Shown here piece by piece: positions 8,063-17,091 of a stretch of 64,000 bases of DNA. Positions within the stretch are counted from its first letter, which is position 1, and every line of letters begins with the position of its first letter. The translations under genes were made by a program, and so were the position numbers. The notes under the pieces were generated by a model. The model made no database searches. It was not told where the DNA came from and was given only the letters and a program-made list of their open reading frames with translations. Source of the stretch: a virus; the IMG/VR virus record IMGVR_UViG_3300022554_000002, positions 96,001-160,000 of that record, one strand, 5' to 3'.

Positions 8063-10166
8063 CGTCCTCTTCCTGTAAGTAAGGTAGGACTCGTTTTAGC
8101 AAATACTCAGCTTTAACCTTTAATAGACCAGCATCCTTCATCTGTTTTGCGGCAATTGGACTAATTCTAAAGATTTCATCAACTGTCAGATACTCACCAC
8201 GTTTTGCAGCTTCTTCAACAAGTTTCAATGAAGCAGTTGGTGCAAAAGCAGGATTAGTAGCATTAGATGATTCCTGCATTTTCTGATTAAGAACATCTGT
8301 TAATTGATTTGCAGAATTTTGATCATTATTCTGATTTGCCTGATTAATGGCTTGCTGCAAAGCACTCAACATATTTTTCTTATCATTGTCTGACATTTGA
8401 TTCTGAGGTTGCTGTGGCTGTTGAGGATTCTGTGGAGCACCAGCAGGGGCAGTCATTGGCTGTTGAACAGGAGTTACAGCCTGTGCTGCCACTGGACCTC
8501 TTGCATGTAAACCACTCCAAATGTCAGCTAAATTTTCATATTCTTTAATTTCTCTAGGATCATTGCTAGTCTGAACCTTCATTTGTAAATCTTGCAATCT
8601 TTGGAAGGCACCACCATTATACTGTGGTAATGCAGCCTCAAATGCACGAATTACAGAAGCTTCAGGAATGTGCTGAGACTTCTTGGTAACTTTATCCTTC
8701 TCAGTTCCACATTCTTTGCATTTAAGTTTTCCCGGTTGACCTTCTAACTCAACATGATCTGTAGTCTTTCGACAACGATCATTACTACAATAATGTTTTT
8801 GAATTCTAGCACTTCTGTAGAATCTATTGTAAATTTCAAGACTTTCATTATCAGCACTTGCAAAAACTTCTAAATTTGAACAAATTCGTTTAGTAGCATC
8901 TGCCTCTGAAATCTTTGCAGCAGTTGCTAGTTTCTTTGCATACTTTGAAACTGTTTCTTTAGCTTCCTGCTCATTTTCTACATCCATGAATTCCATGAGC
9001 ATCTTTGCTCTAGCAAGAATCATACTTCGACGTGGTTCCATGCTGGAAGGCATTGGACGAATCTTTTCATCCATCTTGCCAGTCTGGTCAGTAGCACCAA
9101 CATTTGGATTACCATGAACATCTGTCTTACGTGGAGAAGGCATGTTACGATCACCCTCTGCCTCGTCTGTAACAATACCACTATCTCCCTCTTTTTCCAT
9201 AACAGCTTCAGTCTTATCAGCTTCAGTTAGTTTATCAATTAAAAGTTGAAGATCATCTTCTTTACCACCTACTGGAACTTCAGGATTGGCAACAGTTTGT
9301 GTTGGCGGTTTGGGGGAAGTCAAATTACGAATTTCAACTTCAGCAGTACCAACTTGAGCATCTACTGACAGGGGAAATTTCTGTGCTGTCTTACCATGCT
9401 CAGATTCCCACATACCATATGCTTTACCAGCAGCTTGCTTCTGATCTAATCCTTCGTTCTTAATTAAAAATTCAATTTTCTTACTAATCCATTCCTGTTT
9501 TTTATCTGCTTCAACATCTTTGGAAGCTTCTTTCTTTGCCTTGTATGTCACAGCAAAACCAAAAGCTTGCATTAGACGAGCACATTCTTTCTTCTGATCG
9601 TCTGAAGCGTAAGGCCATGTTCCACCATTAACATAACCATCAAATGCCTTCTGCACATCGCCCTGATTTTCTTTATGCAATGAAACAATAATTCGCTCTG
9701 CGATTACGGCAGGAGGAATTGAAGAAGCAACCACTTTTGGATGTGGTGGGCAATCTTTAACATAATCATTTTCATACACTGGACCGTCTTTCAATGTTGG
9801 AAAATCTACAGACTTAACATAATCAAACATTCGTTTAGTAGCATCGAATCTAAAATCAGTATTTAGTACCCAAGCAGAAAACTCTGGATACAATGGTTCA
9901 TATGCACCATCTGATTTCTTGGCAGCAGTTCTAATACCAGCATCGACAAGCTCTGTGAATTTCTTAGCAGCAATCTTAACCTCTGCCTCGCTCCATTTAT
10001 CATAATTTTCATCTATAATCTTTCCAACCAACATTGCCATACGAACAGCTAGAATATTTGGTTGAGAAGAATTCTTCTCAAATTCTTCATAATTCACACT
10101 CAAGGAAGCAAGAGTCTTGGCAACCTTATTACGAAATTGTGCAACCAAATAACGAGAAGCAAGCAT
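8046..10166 (-). CDS. hypothetical multidomain protein (putative head-internal) with Zn ribbon and Q/P tract
   Basis: 706 aa; CSNDRC...CKECG; PQNPQQPQQPQ linker; many xxA(Q/K/S) motifs. Confidence 0.75.
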   Translation of the reverse strand: MLASRYLVAQFRNKVAKTLASLSVNYEEFEKNSSQPNILAVRMAMLVGKIIDENYDKWSEAEVKIAAKKFTELVDAGIRTAAKKSDGAYEPLYPEFSAWVLNTDFRFDATKRMFDYVKSVDFPTLKDGPVYENDYVKDCPPHPKVVASSIPPAVIAERIIVSLHKENQGDVQKAFDGYVNGGTWPYASDDQKKECARLMQAFGFAVTYKAKKEASKDVEADKKQEWISKKIEFLIKNEGLDQKQAAGKAYGMWESEHGKTAQKFPLSVDAQVGTAEVEIRNLTSPKPPTQTVANPEVPVGGKEDDLQLLIDKLTEADKTEAVMEKEGDSGIVTDEAEGDRNMPSPRKTDVHGNPNVGATDQTGKMDEKIRPMPSSMEPRRSMILARAKMLMEFMDVENEQEAKETVSKYAKKLATAAKISEADATKRICSNLEVFASADNESLEIYNRFYRSARIQKHYCSNDRCRKTTDHVELEGQPGKLKCKECGTEKDKVTKKSQHIPEASVIRAFEAALPQYNGGAFQRLQDLQMKVQTSNDPREIKEYENLADIWSGLHARGPVAAQAVTPVQQPMTAPAGAPQNPQQPQQPQNQMSDNDKKNMLSALQQAINQANQNNDQNSANQLTDVLNQKMQESSNATNPAFAPTASLKLVEEAAKRGEYLTVDEIFRISPIAAKQMKDAGLLKVKAEYLLKRVLPYLQEEDDGLTD

Positions 10167-10178
10167 TTGTCTAAACTC

Positions 10179-10373
10179 CTAATTTCTAACAAGTACAGAA
10201 CTTGTTACTAACAGCCGGTAAACTTTACCTTCCCGAACCTCAAACGTAAGTTGACCAAATTTTAATGATTCTATCTGTTCTTCGTGTAATAATAAAAAGT
10301 CATTAATCTGGTCTTTGAGGGGTTTTATGACCGTTTTTTCGGTCACTTCCTCGTTCTTCTTCTGATTCATCAT
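10179..10373 (-). CDS. small DUF2292/YezD-like protein
   Basis: LKFGQLTFEVREGKVYRL resembles the DUF2292 pattern; overlaps the upstream ORF by 71 nt. Confidence 0.45.
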   Translation of the reverse strand: MMNQKKNEEVTEKTVIKPLKDQINDFLLLHEEQIESLKFGQLTFEVREGKVYRLLVTSSVLVRN

Positions 10374-10488
10374 CTTCGTCAGGTTCTTCCTTGACCATGC
10401 TTGAATCTTTACAAACTACAATCTTTGTAGCTTTTTCCGTGTCTAAAACACGTTTAACAGTTGCTTTAACGTATCGCATCATTGCCAT
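10303..10488 (-). CDS. small hypothetical protein with acidic tail
   Basis: MAMMRY start with SD (gagggag), directly after the GATTATA promoter. Confidence 0.55.
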   Translation of the reverse strand: MAMMRYVKATVKRVLDTEKATKIVVCKDSSMVKEEPDEDDESEEERGSDRKNGHKTPQRPD

Positions 10489-10510
10489 GATACACACTCC
10501 CTCATATTAG

Positions 10511-10517
10511 TATAATC
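10511..10517 (-). promoter_or_regulatory. GATTATA phage-type promoter
   Basis: tGATTATActaatatgaggg, intergenic. Confidence 0.6.
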
Positions 10518-10546
10518 ACCGTTATTTAAAGAATTTAAAATACAAT

Positions 10547-10987
10547 TTATGACTGTTCATCTTTGTAATAATTTTCGTCCTCAAGCAAATGATCTTTACA
10601 AATTCCCTTGGCAGTTTCCATATCTAAGCCATGTTCTTCCATTTCAATTTTAGTGCCTTTTGCCAACTGCTCTGCATCAAACTGATCATCTGGAACATCT
10701 TTGCCTTTGCCATAACTAGCAGGTTTAGCAGATGGTTGCTGATGGGTTTTGTCTGGAAAATGCTTATTCCATACTTCATTATAAGCTTTCGCAAACTCTT
10801 CACCCCTATTATTTTCTGGATATTTATCTAATAATTGTTTCATATCATTAATATAAGTCATAGTTTTTTCTTTTTCTTGTAAATGCTTAGGTGATACAGG
10901 TTTACCCTGACTATTGGTAGCCTGTCCCTGCTTCTCTAAACCTTCTATGTAGTTTTCGCTAAACTTTTTCATTGAAAATCTCTCCAA
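10547..10987 (-). CDS. DUF5661-like domain protein
   Basis: C-terminal EQLAKGTKIEMEEH...AKGICKDHLLEDENYY resembles DUF5661. Confidence 0.6.
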   Translation of the reverse strand: MERFSMKKFSENYIEGLEKQGQATNSQGKPVSPKHLQEKEKTMTYINDMKQLLDKYPENNRGEEFAKAYNEVWNKHFPDKTHQQPSAKPASYGKGKDVPDDQFDAEQLAKGTKIEMEEHGLDMETAKGICKDHLLEDENYYKDEQS

Positions 10988-11552
10988 TTAACTCATATAT
11001 GAGTTTTTTCTGTTCATCCGTATATTTCCATCTTTTACCAATATTCTTATCTGCCCAATCTTTAGGATTTGATTTTTTCTCTTCTGACATCGCACACCAA
11101 TCTGCAACATTTTCGGCAATATCCAAATCTGTCATTTTTGTAGCATCTACTAACTTTACTGGTTTGTCTCTATCTTCTCTATTAATTGTTTCTTTTTGAT
11201 CCGAATGATATTCAGGATGATGTCTATTACTATGAACATGATGCTCTGTAGCATTAGTCATTTTTTGCTTCATATCATCTGATACTTCAAACTCTTTACC
11301 AGATTCCTTACATTTATATTGCCACGAAATATAAATATATGGTGTCTTCTCTGGTTCTTCATATTTACTAGCATCATGCTGTTCACCACGCTCAATAATA
11401 CCATTAAACTTATCATGGTCATATTTATCAATCTTGTTACAATACTTCTTAACAAGATCAATATGCATCTTGGTTCGTTTCTCAAACCAATCAAGCATTT
11501 CCTTCATGTTTTCCTCTTTCTCTAATTCGGCAATATAAACTCTACTAAACAT
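10959..11552 (-). CDS. DUF5662-like HD-type hydrolase
   Basis: HID...HDASK...EHHVHSNRHHPEYH...ENVADWCAMS metal-binding pattern. Confidence 0.6.
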   Translation of the reverse strand: MFSRVYIAELEKEENMKEMLDWFEKRTKMHIDLVKKYCNKIDKYDHDKFNGIIERGEQHDASKYEEPEKTPYIYISWQYKCKESGKEFEVSDDMKQKMTNATEHHVHSNRHHPEYHSDQKETINREDRDKPVKLVDATKMTDLDIAENVADWCAMSEEKKSNPKDWADKNIGKRWKYTDEQKKLIYELIGEIFNEKV

Positions 11553-11554
11553 TT

Positions 11555-13441
11555 CTATACTCCAATATTACCAGTATTCCCTGCACCAGCATTCGCAGAT
11601 TCAGGTGGTGCAACAGACTGATTGACATCAACTGACATTGGACCACCACCAGCAGGAGCACCAACCTCTGGACCACCACCTAAACCAGTATTCATATCAA
11701 TTCCAAGATCAGTACCTAATGGTGGTGCTCCACCACCGCCCATGCCACCACCAAGATCAAGACCGGGACCACCCATTTGAACAGGGGCGGCACCCATAGG
11801 TGTCTCGTTCTTAAGTTCTGCCTGTTCCTTGCGGCAAAGAGAACGAATAACTTCAGGGTTCTCACCAACCATTTCATAGAGCCTGTCACGTGGGAATCCC
11901 GGTTTGCCAAGTTTCTCACGGAACTGCATGAGCAACTGAATCTTCTGATTAGTATCACGAAGTTCATTCTTAGACCACGCAATTTCAGGCACCCAAGGAC
12001 GCTTGTTAGAATGTTTAATACGAATTCTGTGAGACAATTCTGCCTGAGTTGGCTTGTAGATATTATGAATACGACAAATAGGAGCAAATACATTATCCTT
12101 CATCCAACGCTCAATTCGTGTACGTAAAGTTAAATATCTAGAAATTAAAACATCTAATGCAACTGACATATTGGCATATGCACCATATGCTGAATCAAGG
12201 AAACCCTTATTCAACATCAAACCAATAAGCATTTCTTCTTCAACTTTTGTAATTTCCTGAGACACTGGAAGCATCTTATCAGCAGCACCAATCAACTCAT
12301 GTGTCAATGCATGGTTCCAGATAATAGCTTGGTTTGGATCAAGATAAGTTTGACTTAACAACGATTGGAATGCTGTTATTTCTTCTTCACTCGCTGGAAG
12401 AGCATCCGTACCTAACTTCCATACTTCTCTAGGAGTTGCATGTCTATCACAAGTATAATACAATGAATCACGTAATTTATCACGATATGCAAGTAAATGA
12501 GAAACACAGAATAATAAAGACTCACCATATGGAGAAAAATAATTACCTTTTCGTTTGAAATAGGATGCCTGAATATTATTCAATGGCATAGTTCCATCAC
12601 CATTCTTAATACTCTCAATAATATCTGCTGGAAGTCTATTATATAATTTACCAGTATTAGGATCACGTGGACCATTGGCAACAATACCACGAGTACGTTC
12701 ATCGAACCGTAACTTCATCTGATCTTCTGAACGACCGTCCGTAAATGGACAATTTTCAATTTCCACGTAAAGAGGATTTAACAACACAAACTTCTTCCAC
12801 AAACAAGGTTGTTTAGGGTCGTCAAAAATACCAAACACTGCACAACCGCCAATTAACCAATACTCTAATACCATATCTAGCAAGAATTCAAATAAATTAA
12901 TGTCCTCACACATGTCCATAAATTCACTTTTCAATATGGGGTCTTGATGCTTTAATTCAAATGTTGACAATGGGAATTCAGTGTGCAATTCCATTGAGGC
13001 ACGAACAAGAGGCTCATATCGGAAATAGTATCGAAAGCGTTGAAGCATTTCAATACGATTCATCGGCTGTTCAACAGCAAACCTATTACGGAATGGGCTA
13101 AATGGAACATCATAAACACGGTCTACTGATACAGCAGAACGTGCCATGCCTGATTTACCGGATGATCTACCCGCACCTGTAATCGGATCACGAGTAACAA
13201 CGACGGAAGAAGTTCCAACTTGACGATTCAATCGTTCAAGTAATGGATCTTTGGTTTGAATATTTACTTTCTTAGCTTTAACAATATTACTCCATTCTTT
13301 ACTAATATTATCACCTAAAATAAGAGTACTATTATTTGTACTTTTCTGATTCATTTGTTCTGGTGTTCTGTTGCCGTTGGATGCAATCACTGCTTGTCTC
13401 ACAGCCTCTTGCGGAGTTGCCTTACGATTTTGATTAGCCAC
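11555..13441 (-). CDS. portal protein
   Basis: 628 aa (GTG start); RYYFRYEPLVRASMELHTEFPLS, WKKFVLLNP, RHATPREVWKLG, IIWNHAL portal-like motifs; Gly-rich C-tail. Confidence 0.8.
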   Translation of the reverse strand: MANQNRKATPQEAVRQAVIASNGNRTPEQMNQKSTNNSTLILGDNISKEWSNIVKAKKVNIQTKDPLLERLNRQVGTSSVVVTRDPITGAGRSSGKSGMARSAVSVDRVYDVPFSPFRNRFAVEQPMNRIEMLQRFRYYFRYEPLVRASMELHTEFPLSTFELKHQDPILKSEFMDMCEDINLFEFLLDMVLEYWLIGGCAVFGIFDDPKQPCLWKKFVLLNPLYVEIENCPFTDGRSEDQMKLRFDERTRGIVANGPRDPNTGKLYNRLPADIIESIKNGDGTMPLNNIQASYFKRKGNYFSPYGESLLFCVSHLLAYRDKLRDSLYYTCDRHATPREVWKLGTDALPASEEEITAFQSLLSQTYLDPNQAIIWNHALTHELIGAADKMLPVSQEITKVEEEMLIGLMLNKGFLDSAYGAYANMSVALDVLISRYLTLRTRIERWMKDNVFAPICRIHNIYKPTQAELSHRIRIKHSNKRPWVPEIAWSKNELRDTNQKIQLLMQFREKLGKPGFPRDRLYEMVGENPEVIRSLCRKEQAELKNETPMGAAPVQMGGPGLDLGGGMGGGGAPPLGTDLGIDMNTGLGGGPEVGAPAGGGPMSVDVNQSVAPPESANAGAGNTGNIGV

Positions 13442-13444
13442 TGG

Positions 13445-14182
13445 TTATTCCTTTGGCCTAGTGTAACGTTTGTCTAGCTTACGAACAATACACATTAACT
13501 GTTCTGTTAACTGCCGTAGCCCACCGGGTTTATCTTGGACCTTAAGTAGATTATCCAGACCTTTTGTAAGATATGTTTTTGCACGATTCTTATATGTCTC
13601 ATCCTGATTCATTTCCTGTGCAACTTCAGGAAATACATTATCTCCAACCTCTAAATTCTTGTTAACATCTTCAACAGGATTTTCCACAACGGTATCAGGG
13701 GGACTTACAGAAGTCGTACCGGGAGCTTGGCTTTGTGGTTTATATTCACCACTTAATGTTTGTGCAGTTTTACGTTTAGCACTACGTTTAATAGGAATTA
13801 TACCACCAGCCTGTTCTTGCATAGCTTCAATTTGTCCTAATACCTTATTCAAGGCACGATCAACCATCATAAAAACTTTTGGAAACGCCGTCTTTAAACG
13901 TTTACCCATATACCTCAAATTATATTGATATTTTGCTATTAAATTTGACAATTCGGTAGAAGTACTGGCACGACCAATTTCATTATAAATATCATTTGTT
14001 AGACTTGTAACATTTGAAAATTGACCATCATCATAAGTGTTTAACCACTGAAGAAAAGATTCTACAACTTCATAGGCAGGCAAATCTATGTCAATCGACG
14101 GTGTAATATCTTGCGTTGGTGTTTGAGGCTGTTGTAATATCTGTTGCTGTTGCGCAGGGGCTATTGTAACATTTGCTGGCAT
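13445..14182 (-). CDS. hypothetical protein (putative head-internal)
   Basis: 245 aa; poly-Q N-terminus; KRSAKRKTAQ motif; follows a GATTATA promoter. Confidence 0.7.
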   Translation of the reverse strand: MPANVTIAPAQQQQILQQPQTPTQDITPSIDIDLPAYEVVESFLQWLNTYDDGQFSNVTSLTNDIYNEIGRASTSTELSNLIAKYQYNLRYMGKRLKTAFPKVFMMVDRALNKVLGQIEAMQEQAGGIIPIKRSAKRKTAQTLSGEYKPQSQAPGTTSVSPPDTVVENPVEDVNKNLEVGDNVFPEVAQEMNQDETYKNRAKTYLTKGLDNLLKVQDKPGGLRQLTEQLMCIVRKLDKRYTRPKE

Positions 14183-14215
14183 TTATCTTGCTCCACAAAG
14201 ACTCTCTCATAGTAA

Positions 14216-14222
14216 TATAATC
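14216..14222 (-). promoter_or_regulatory. GATTATA phage-type promoter (portal operon)
   Basis: gGATTATAttactatgagag, intergenic. Confidence 0.6.
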
Positions 14223-14251
14223 CGAGAATGGGCAAGATAAATATTGAATTA

Positions 14252-14704
14252 TTACACACCAGCTTGCTTATTTGGAGGATCAAGTGGGGCAACTTGAGGA
14301 TTTATAAAAGAGTTTCTAGCCTTTAGAATTTGACCATCAAGCCTATTAGTGCCTTGGTACGTACCTTCTGTAAACCTATTTAATTCACGTAGAGCATCGT
14401 TTAGATGCTGTTCAGCACTCGTAGACACTTGAGGATCAATTCTAGAGTAAATAGACCTTACTGCCATTGCAGCAGCAACTTTTGTAGCAATTAATGGAAT
14501 TGGGTCTGGATATTTCGTAACTCCATTCCTGACAATCTGTTGTAGTGGTGTATAATAAGCATGATTTAATCGTGCATCAATATAAGTATCAGCATCATCA
14601 ACATAAATCTGTACATCAGCAGGAGTTATAACAGACATTTGCCCATATTTAACTTCCAAATTACGAGCATATTCTGCAACTTTAGCGACTGTTGTATATG
14701 GCAT
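14252..14704 (-). CDS. head-tail adaptor, Mu gp36/DUF1320-like
   Basis: True start MPYTTVAKV coupled to the upstream stop (TAATG at 14702-14706); YVDDADTYIDARL...YYTPL...PIPLIATKVAA pattern. Confidence 0.7.
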   Translation of the reverse strand: MPYTTVAKVAEYARNLEVKYGQMSVITPADVQIYVDDADTYIDARLNHAYYTPLQQIVRNGVTKYPDPIPLIATKVAAAMAVRSIYSRIDPQVSTSAEQHLNDALRELNRFTEGTYQGTNRLDGQILKARNSFINPQVAPLDPPNKQAGV

Positions 14705-16458
14705 TATACTGGACCTCCACCACCAACCCCACCACCTGACATAAACCAATTATATAATTTATTACCCTGCTCTTTAGGAGTTCCTTCAGGATTTTTGGTA
14801 ATAAACTCTTCAACCTTCTGAGTTGTAGTTTTTCCAGCCTCTTCAGTATCTTTTATAAATTTATCTAAAAGCATTCTCTGTTCACGTAATGCATTTAACA
14901 TATCTTGAAATACAACCATAATCTCTTTGGCCTGCTCACTATCTTCAGGAGATAAATCAGTTCGTAATGAAATTCTATCCAACTCACTATGTGCTTGATG
15001 TAGGAACTTCTCAATCTTTGCATAATTAGTTTTAAAATTCTGTACATATTGAACTAGTTGCTGCATAGCAACTTGACTTTGATCTACTTCCTGTGCAGTT
15101 CTAGGAGAATATTTAAATTTAATAGTCATTATATCTTGGTAACCAGTACCAACAATTTCATCCACCTTTTTCATAATATCTAAAAAGTTATTAAAATTAG
15201 TATTAGGAACTTGTGAAATAAGTTCCTGAATCTTTTCCATTGAGTTAGATAAATATTCATCCACCTTACGCATTTTATCAGTAAATTGCTTATAGAATGA
15301 TTGGAAAGGTACACGGTAAACATCTAATGGGGCTTGTTCTTTTTCTTTTGGTGTCTGCCGTGTCAATGGATTAGTATTTTGATCTGTTAACCGATGTAAA
15401 TCAGATTTTGCAATATTAATATCACCAATGATCTTTACCATATTCCATTTAAGAATTCTATGAACATCAGCTAGCAACTCTGTGTCAAAAGGTTTATTCT
15501 TACCTGAATATGGAGTCTTGCCCTGACTAAAGCTTTCAGTTATCTCATTAAGACGATTAGAGAACTGTTCCCAAAGATTTCGTTTATCTTTGCTATCTTT
15601 AGACTTAGATAAATTCTGAACAATCTGACGACTTAAATCCTTCTTATCTTTTGCTTCAAAGAAATAATGCTTCCAAAGATTATCTATTCCTTCTTGGAAT
15701 TTATTGGTCTTATCATACCAATTTTGCAACAAATGGAACATTAGTGTCTTGGCATCAGCAGAACGTTTCAATTTTCTAGGCCAATCAGGAGGATTTACAG
15801 CAGGTTCAGCAGCAGATGTATTGGCTTTTTCATCAACCTGAAAATCCAAAATACCTTCTGTACCCTTTTTCAAACTTTCATTTGTAACGCTTAATTCATG
15901 CTTTAAATAATTATAAATCTTTTCAACATCTGTTTTTAATTCATCTGCTGATCGACTAACGGGAATATGAGGAAACAAAACATCAAACTGCTGTTTCATC
16001 AATTCCAGTGCTTCTAAATATTGACTCAACATAGTATGCAAAGATGTAAAAACATCCTTCATACCATCATAGTCAAATTTCTTACTAACCTCATTTGTTG
16101 GTTGACTTCGTTCGTCTGACTGTACTTCCATGTACCGTTTCAAACGATTGTAAGCAGATAAAATCTGAGTCTGAATTGTATTATCAGTATTAATGATATT
16201 AGAAATTGGTAATCCAAAAGCATGTTTTTCTTTTATCTGTTCAAATGCTCTTAAATGCTGTGGAGTAAAAACAGCATTCATATCAACATTACCAGAATTT
16301 ACATTTTGAGAAATAAAACGATATGCCTCAACGGGATCAATGGCAGAATCAATTGCTTCTAATAGTTTAAAAGCAACCACGTAAAGATCAGAAATGTTTC
16401 TATTAAAAATACTTTCCTTTTCAATATTTTCATTTAAGTATGCCTTGGAAAATTTCAT
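14704..16458 (-). CDS. large all-helical hypothetical protein (putative head-internal/ejection)
   Basis: 584 aa, coiled-coil-like; RSAD and RTAQ motifs; C-terminal GGGVGGGPV. Confidence 0.7.
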   Translation of the reverse strand: MKFSKAYLNENIEKESIFNRNISDLYVVAFKLLEAIDSAIDPVEAYRFISQNVNSGNVDMNAVFTPQHLRAFEQIKEKHAFGLPISNIINTDNTIQTQILSAYNRLKRYMEVQSDERSQPTNEVSKKFDYDGMKDVFTSLHTMLSQYLEALELMKQQFDVLFPHIPVSRSADELKTDVEKIYNYLKHELSVTNESLKKGTEGILDFQVDEKANTSAAEPAVNPPDWPRKLKRSADAKTLMFHLLQNWYDKTNKFQEGIDNLWKHYFFEAKDKKDLSRQIVQNLSKSKDSKDKRNLWEQFSNRLNEITESFSQGKTPYSGKNKPFDTELLADVHRILKWNMVKIIGDINIAKSDLHRLTDQNTNPLTRQTPKEKEQAPLDVYRVPFQSFYKQFTDKMRKVDEYLSNSMEKIQELISQVPNTNFNNFLDIMKKVDEIVGTGYQDIMTIKFKYSPRTAQEVDQSQVAMQQLVQYVQNFKTNYAKIEKFLHQAHSELDRISLRTDLSPEDSEQAKEIMVVFQDMLNALREQRMLLDKFIKDTEEAGKTTTQKVEEFITKNPEGTPKEQGNKLYNWFMSGGGVGGGGPV

Positions 16459-16859
16459 TACTTACCCCAAGACCCAAAATTAAACTCCAAATCTCTCTCA
16501 AGACCATTAAGTACTTCTCGTTTCTCAAAACTTATAATTTCTTTAAAAACCAAACTAGCCTTTCGCTCAAACCTATGAAATCTAATCATAGTATCACTAT
16601 CAATATATTCCAAGTCTCTTAAACCCTTAAGAGCCGTGGAATAAGGTCTATAAAGATATTCATCCTCAAAATCAACAATTAATAGATTCTTACCAGTTGA
16701 GAAAATACCATAAGGAACGGCAAGAGACAACTCACTGCCAGAAAGAGTCTTCAACGCTGTTTTATAATTTGCACCAACCTCACGAGTGAAAATAAACTGC
16801 CCATCAAGGAAAACCCAAGCAAGATCACCTATGGGAGATAAACTAACATTAGGTGTCAT
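16458..16859 (-). CDS. hypothetical protein
   Basis: 133 aa, translationally coupled to both neighbours. Confidence 0.65.
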   Translation of the reverse strand: MTPNVSLSPIGDLAWVFLDGQFIFTREVGANYKTALKTLSGSELSLAVPYGIFSTGKNLLIVDFEDEYLYRPYSTALKGLRDLEYIDSDTMIRFHRFERKASLVFKEIISFEKREVLNGLERDLEFNFGSWGK

Positions 16860-17091
16860 TCTTCACTGCATCCTTTTCCGGCAATTTCGTATCCGAACAT
16901 ACCATCTTTAATTTCTCATAATCATCCTCAAGATATTTATATAAATATTCAATAATACTTTCTGTATCCTTGTCATCCTTATCAAAAAAATCAGTATAAT
17001 AACTTAATTCATCAACTCTGCCCATCATCTGCCGTGACAACAAATTAATAGTTAACAACTTTGCTCTTAAATCTCGTAATGATTTTGTCAT
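16849..17091 (-). CDS. hypothetical protein
   Basis: 80 aa, TAATG-coupled to the sigma gene. Confidence 0.6.
   Translation of the reverse strand: MTKSLRDLRAKLLTINLLSRQMMGRVDELSYYTDFFDKDDKDTESIIEYLYKYLEDDYEKLKMVCSDTKLPEKDAVKNDT

Noticed and set aside
14705-14749. Track start MVYVRWWGWWWRSSI for the adaptor gene
   Set aside because: It is an alternate-frame reading of the upstream gene's GGGVGGG tail; the TAATG-coupled ATG at 14704 is the plausible start
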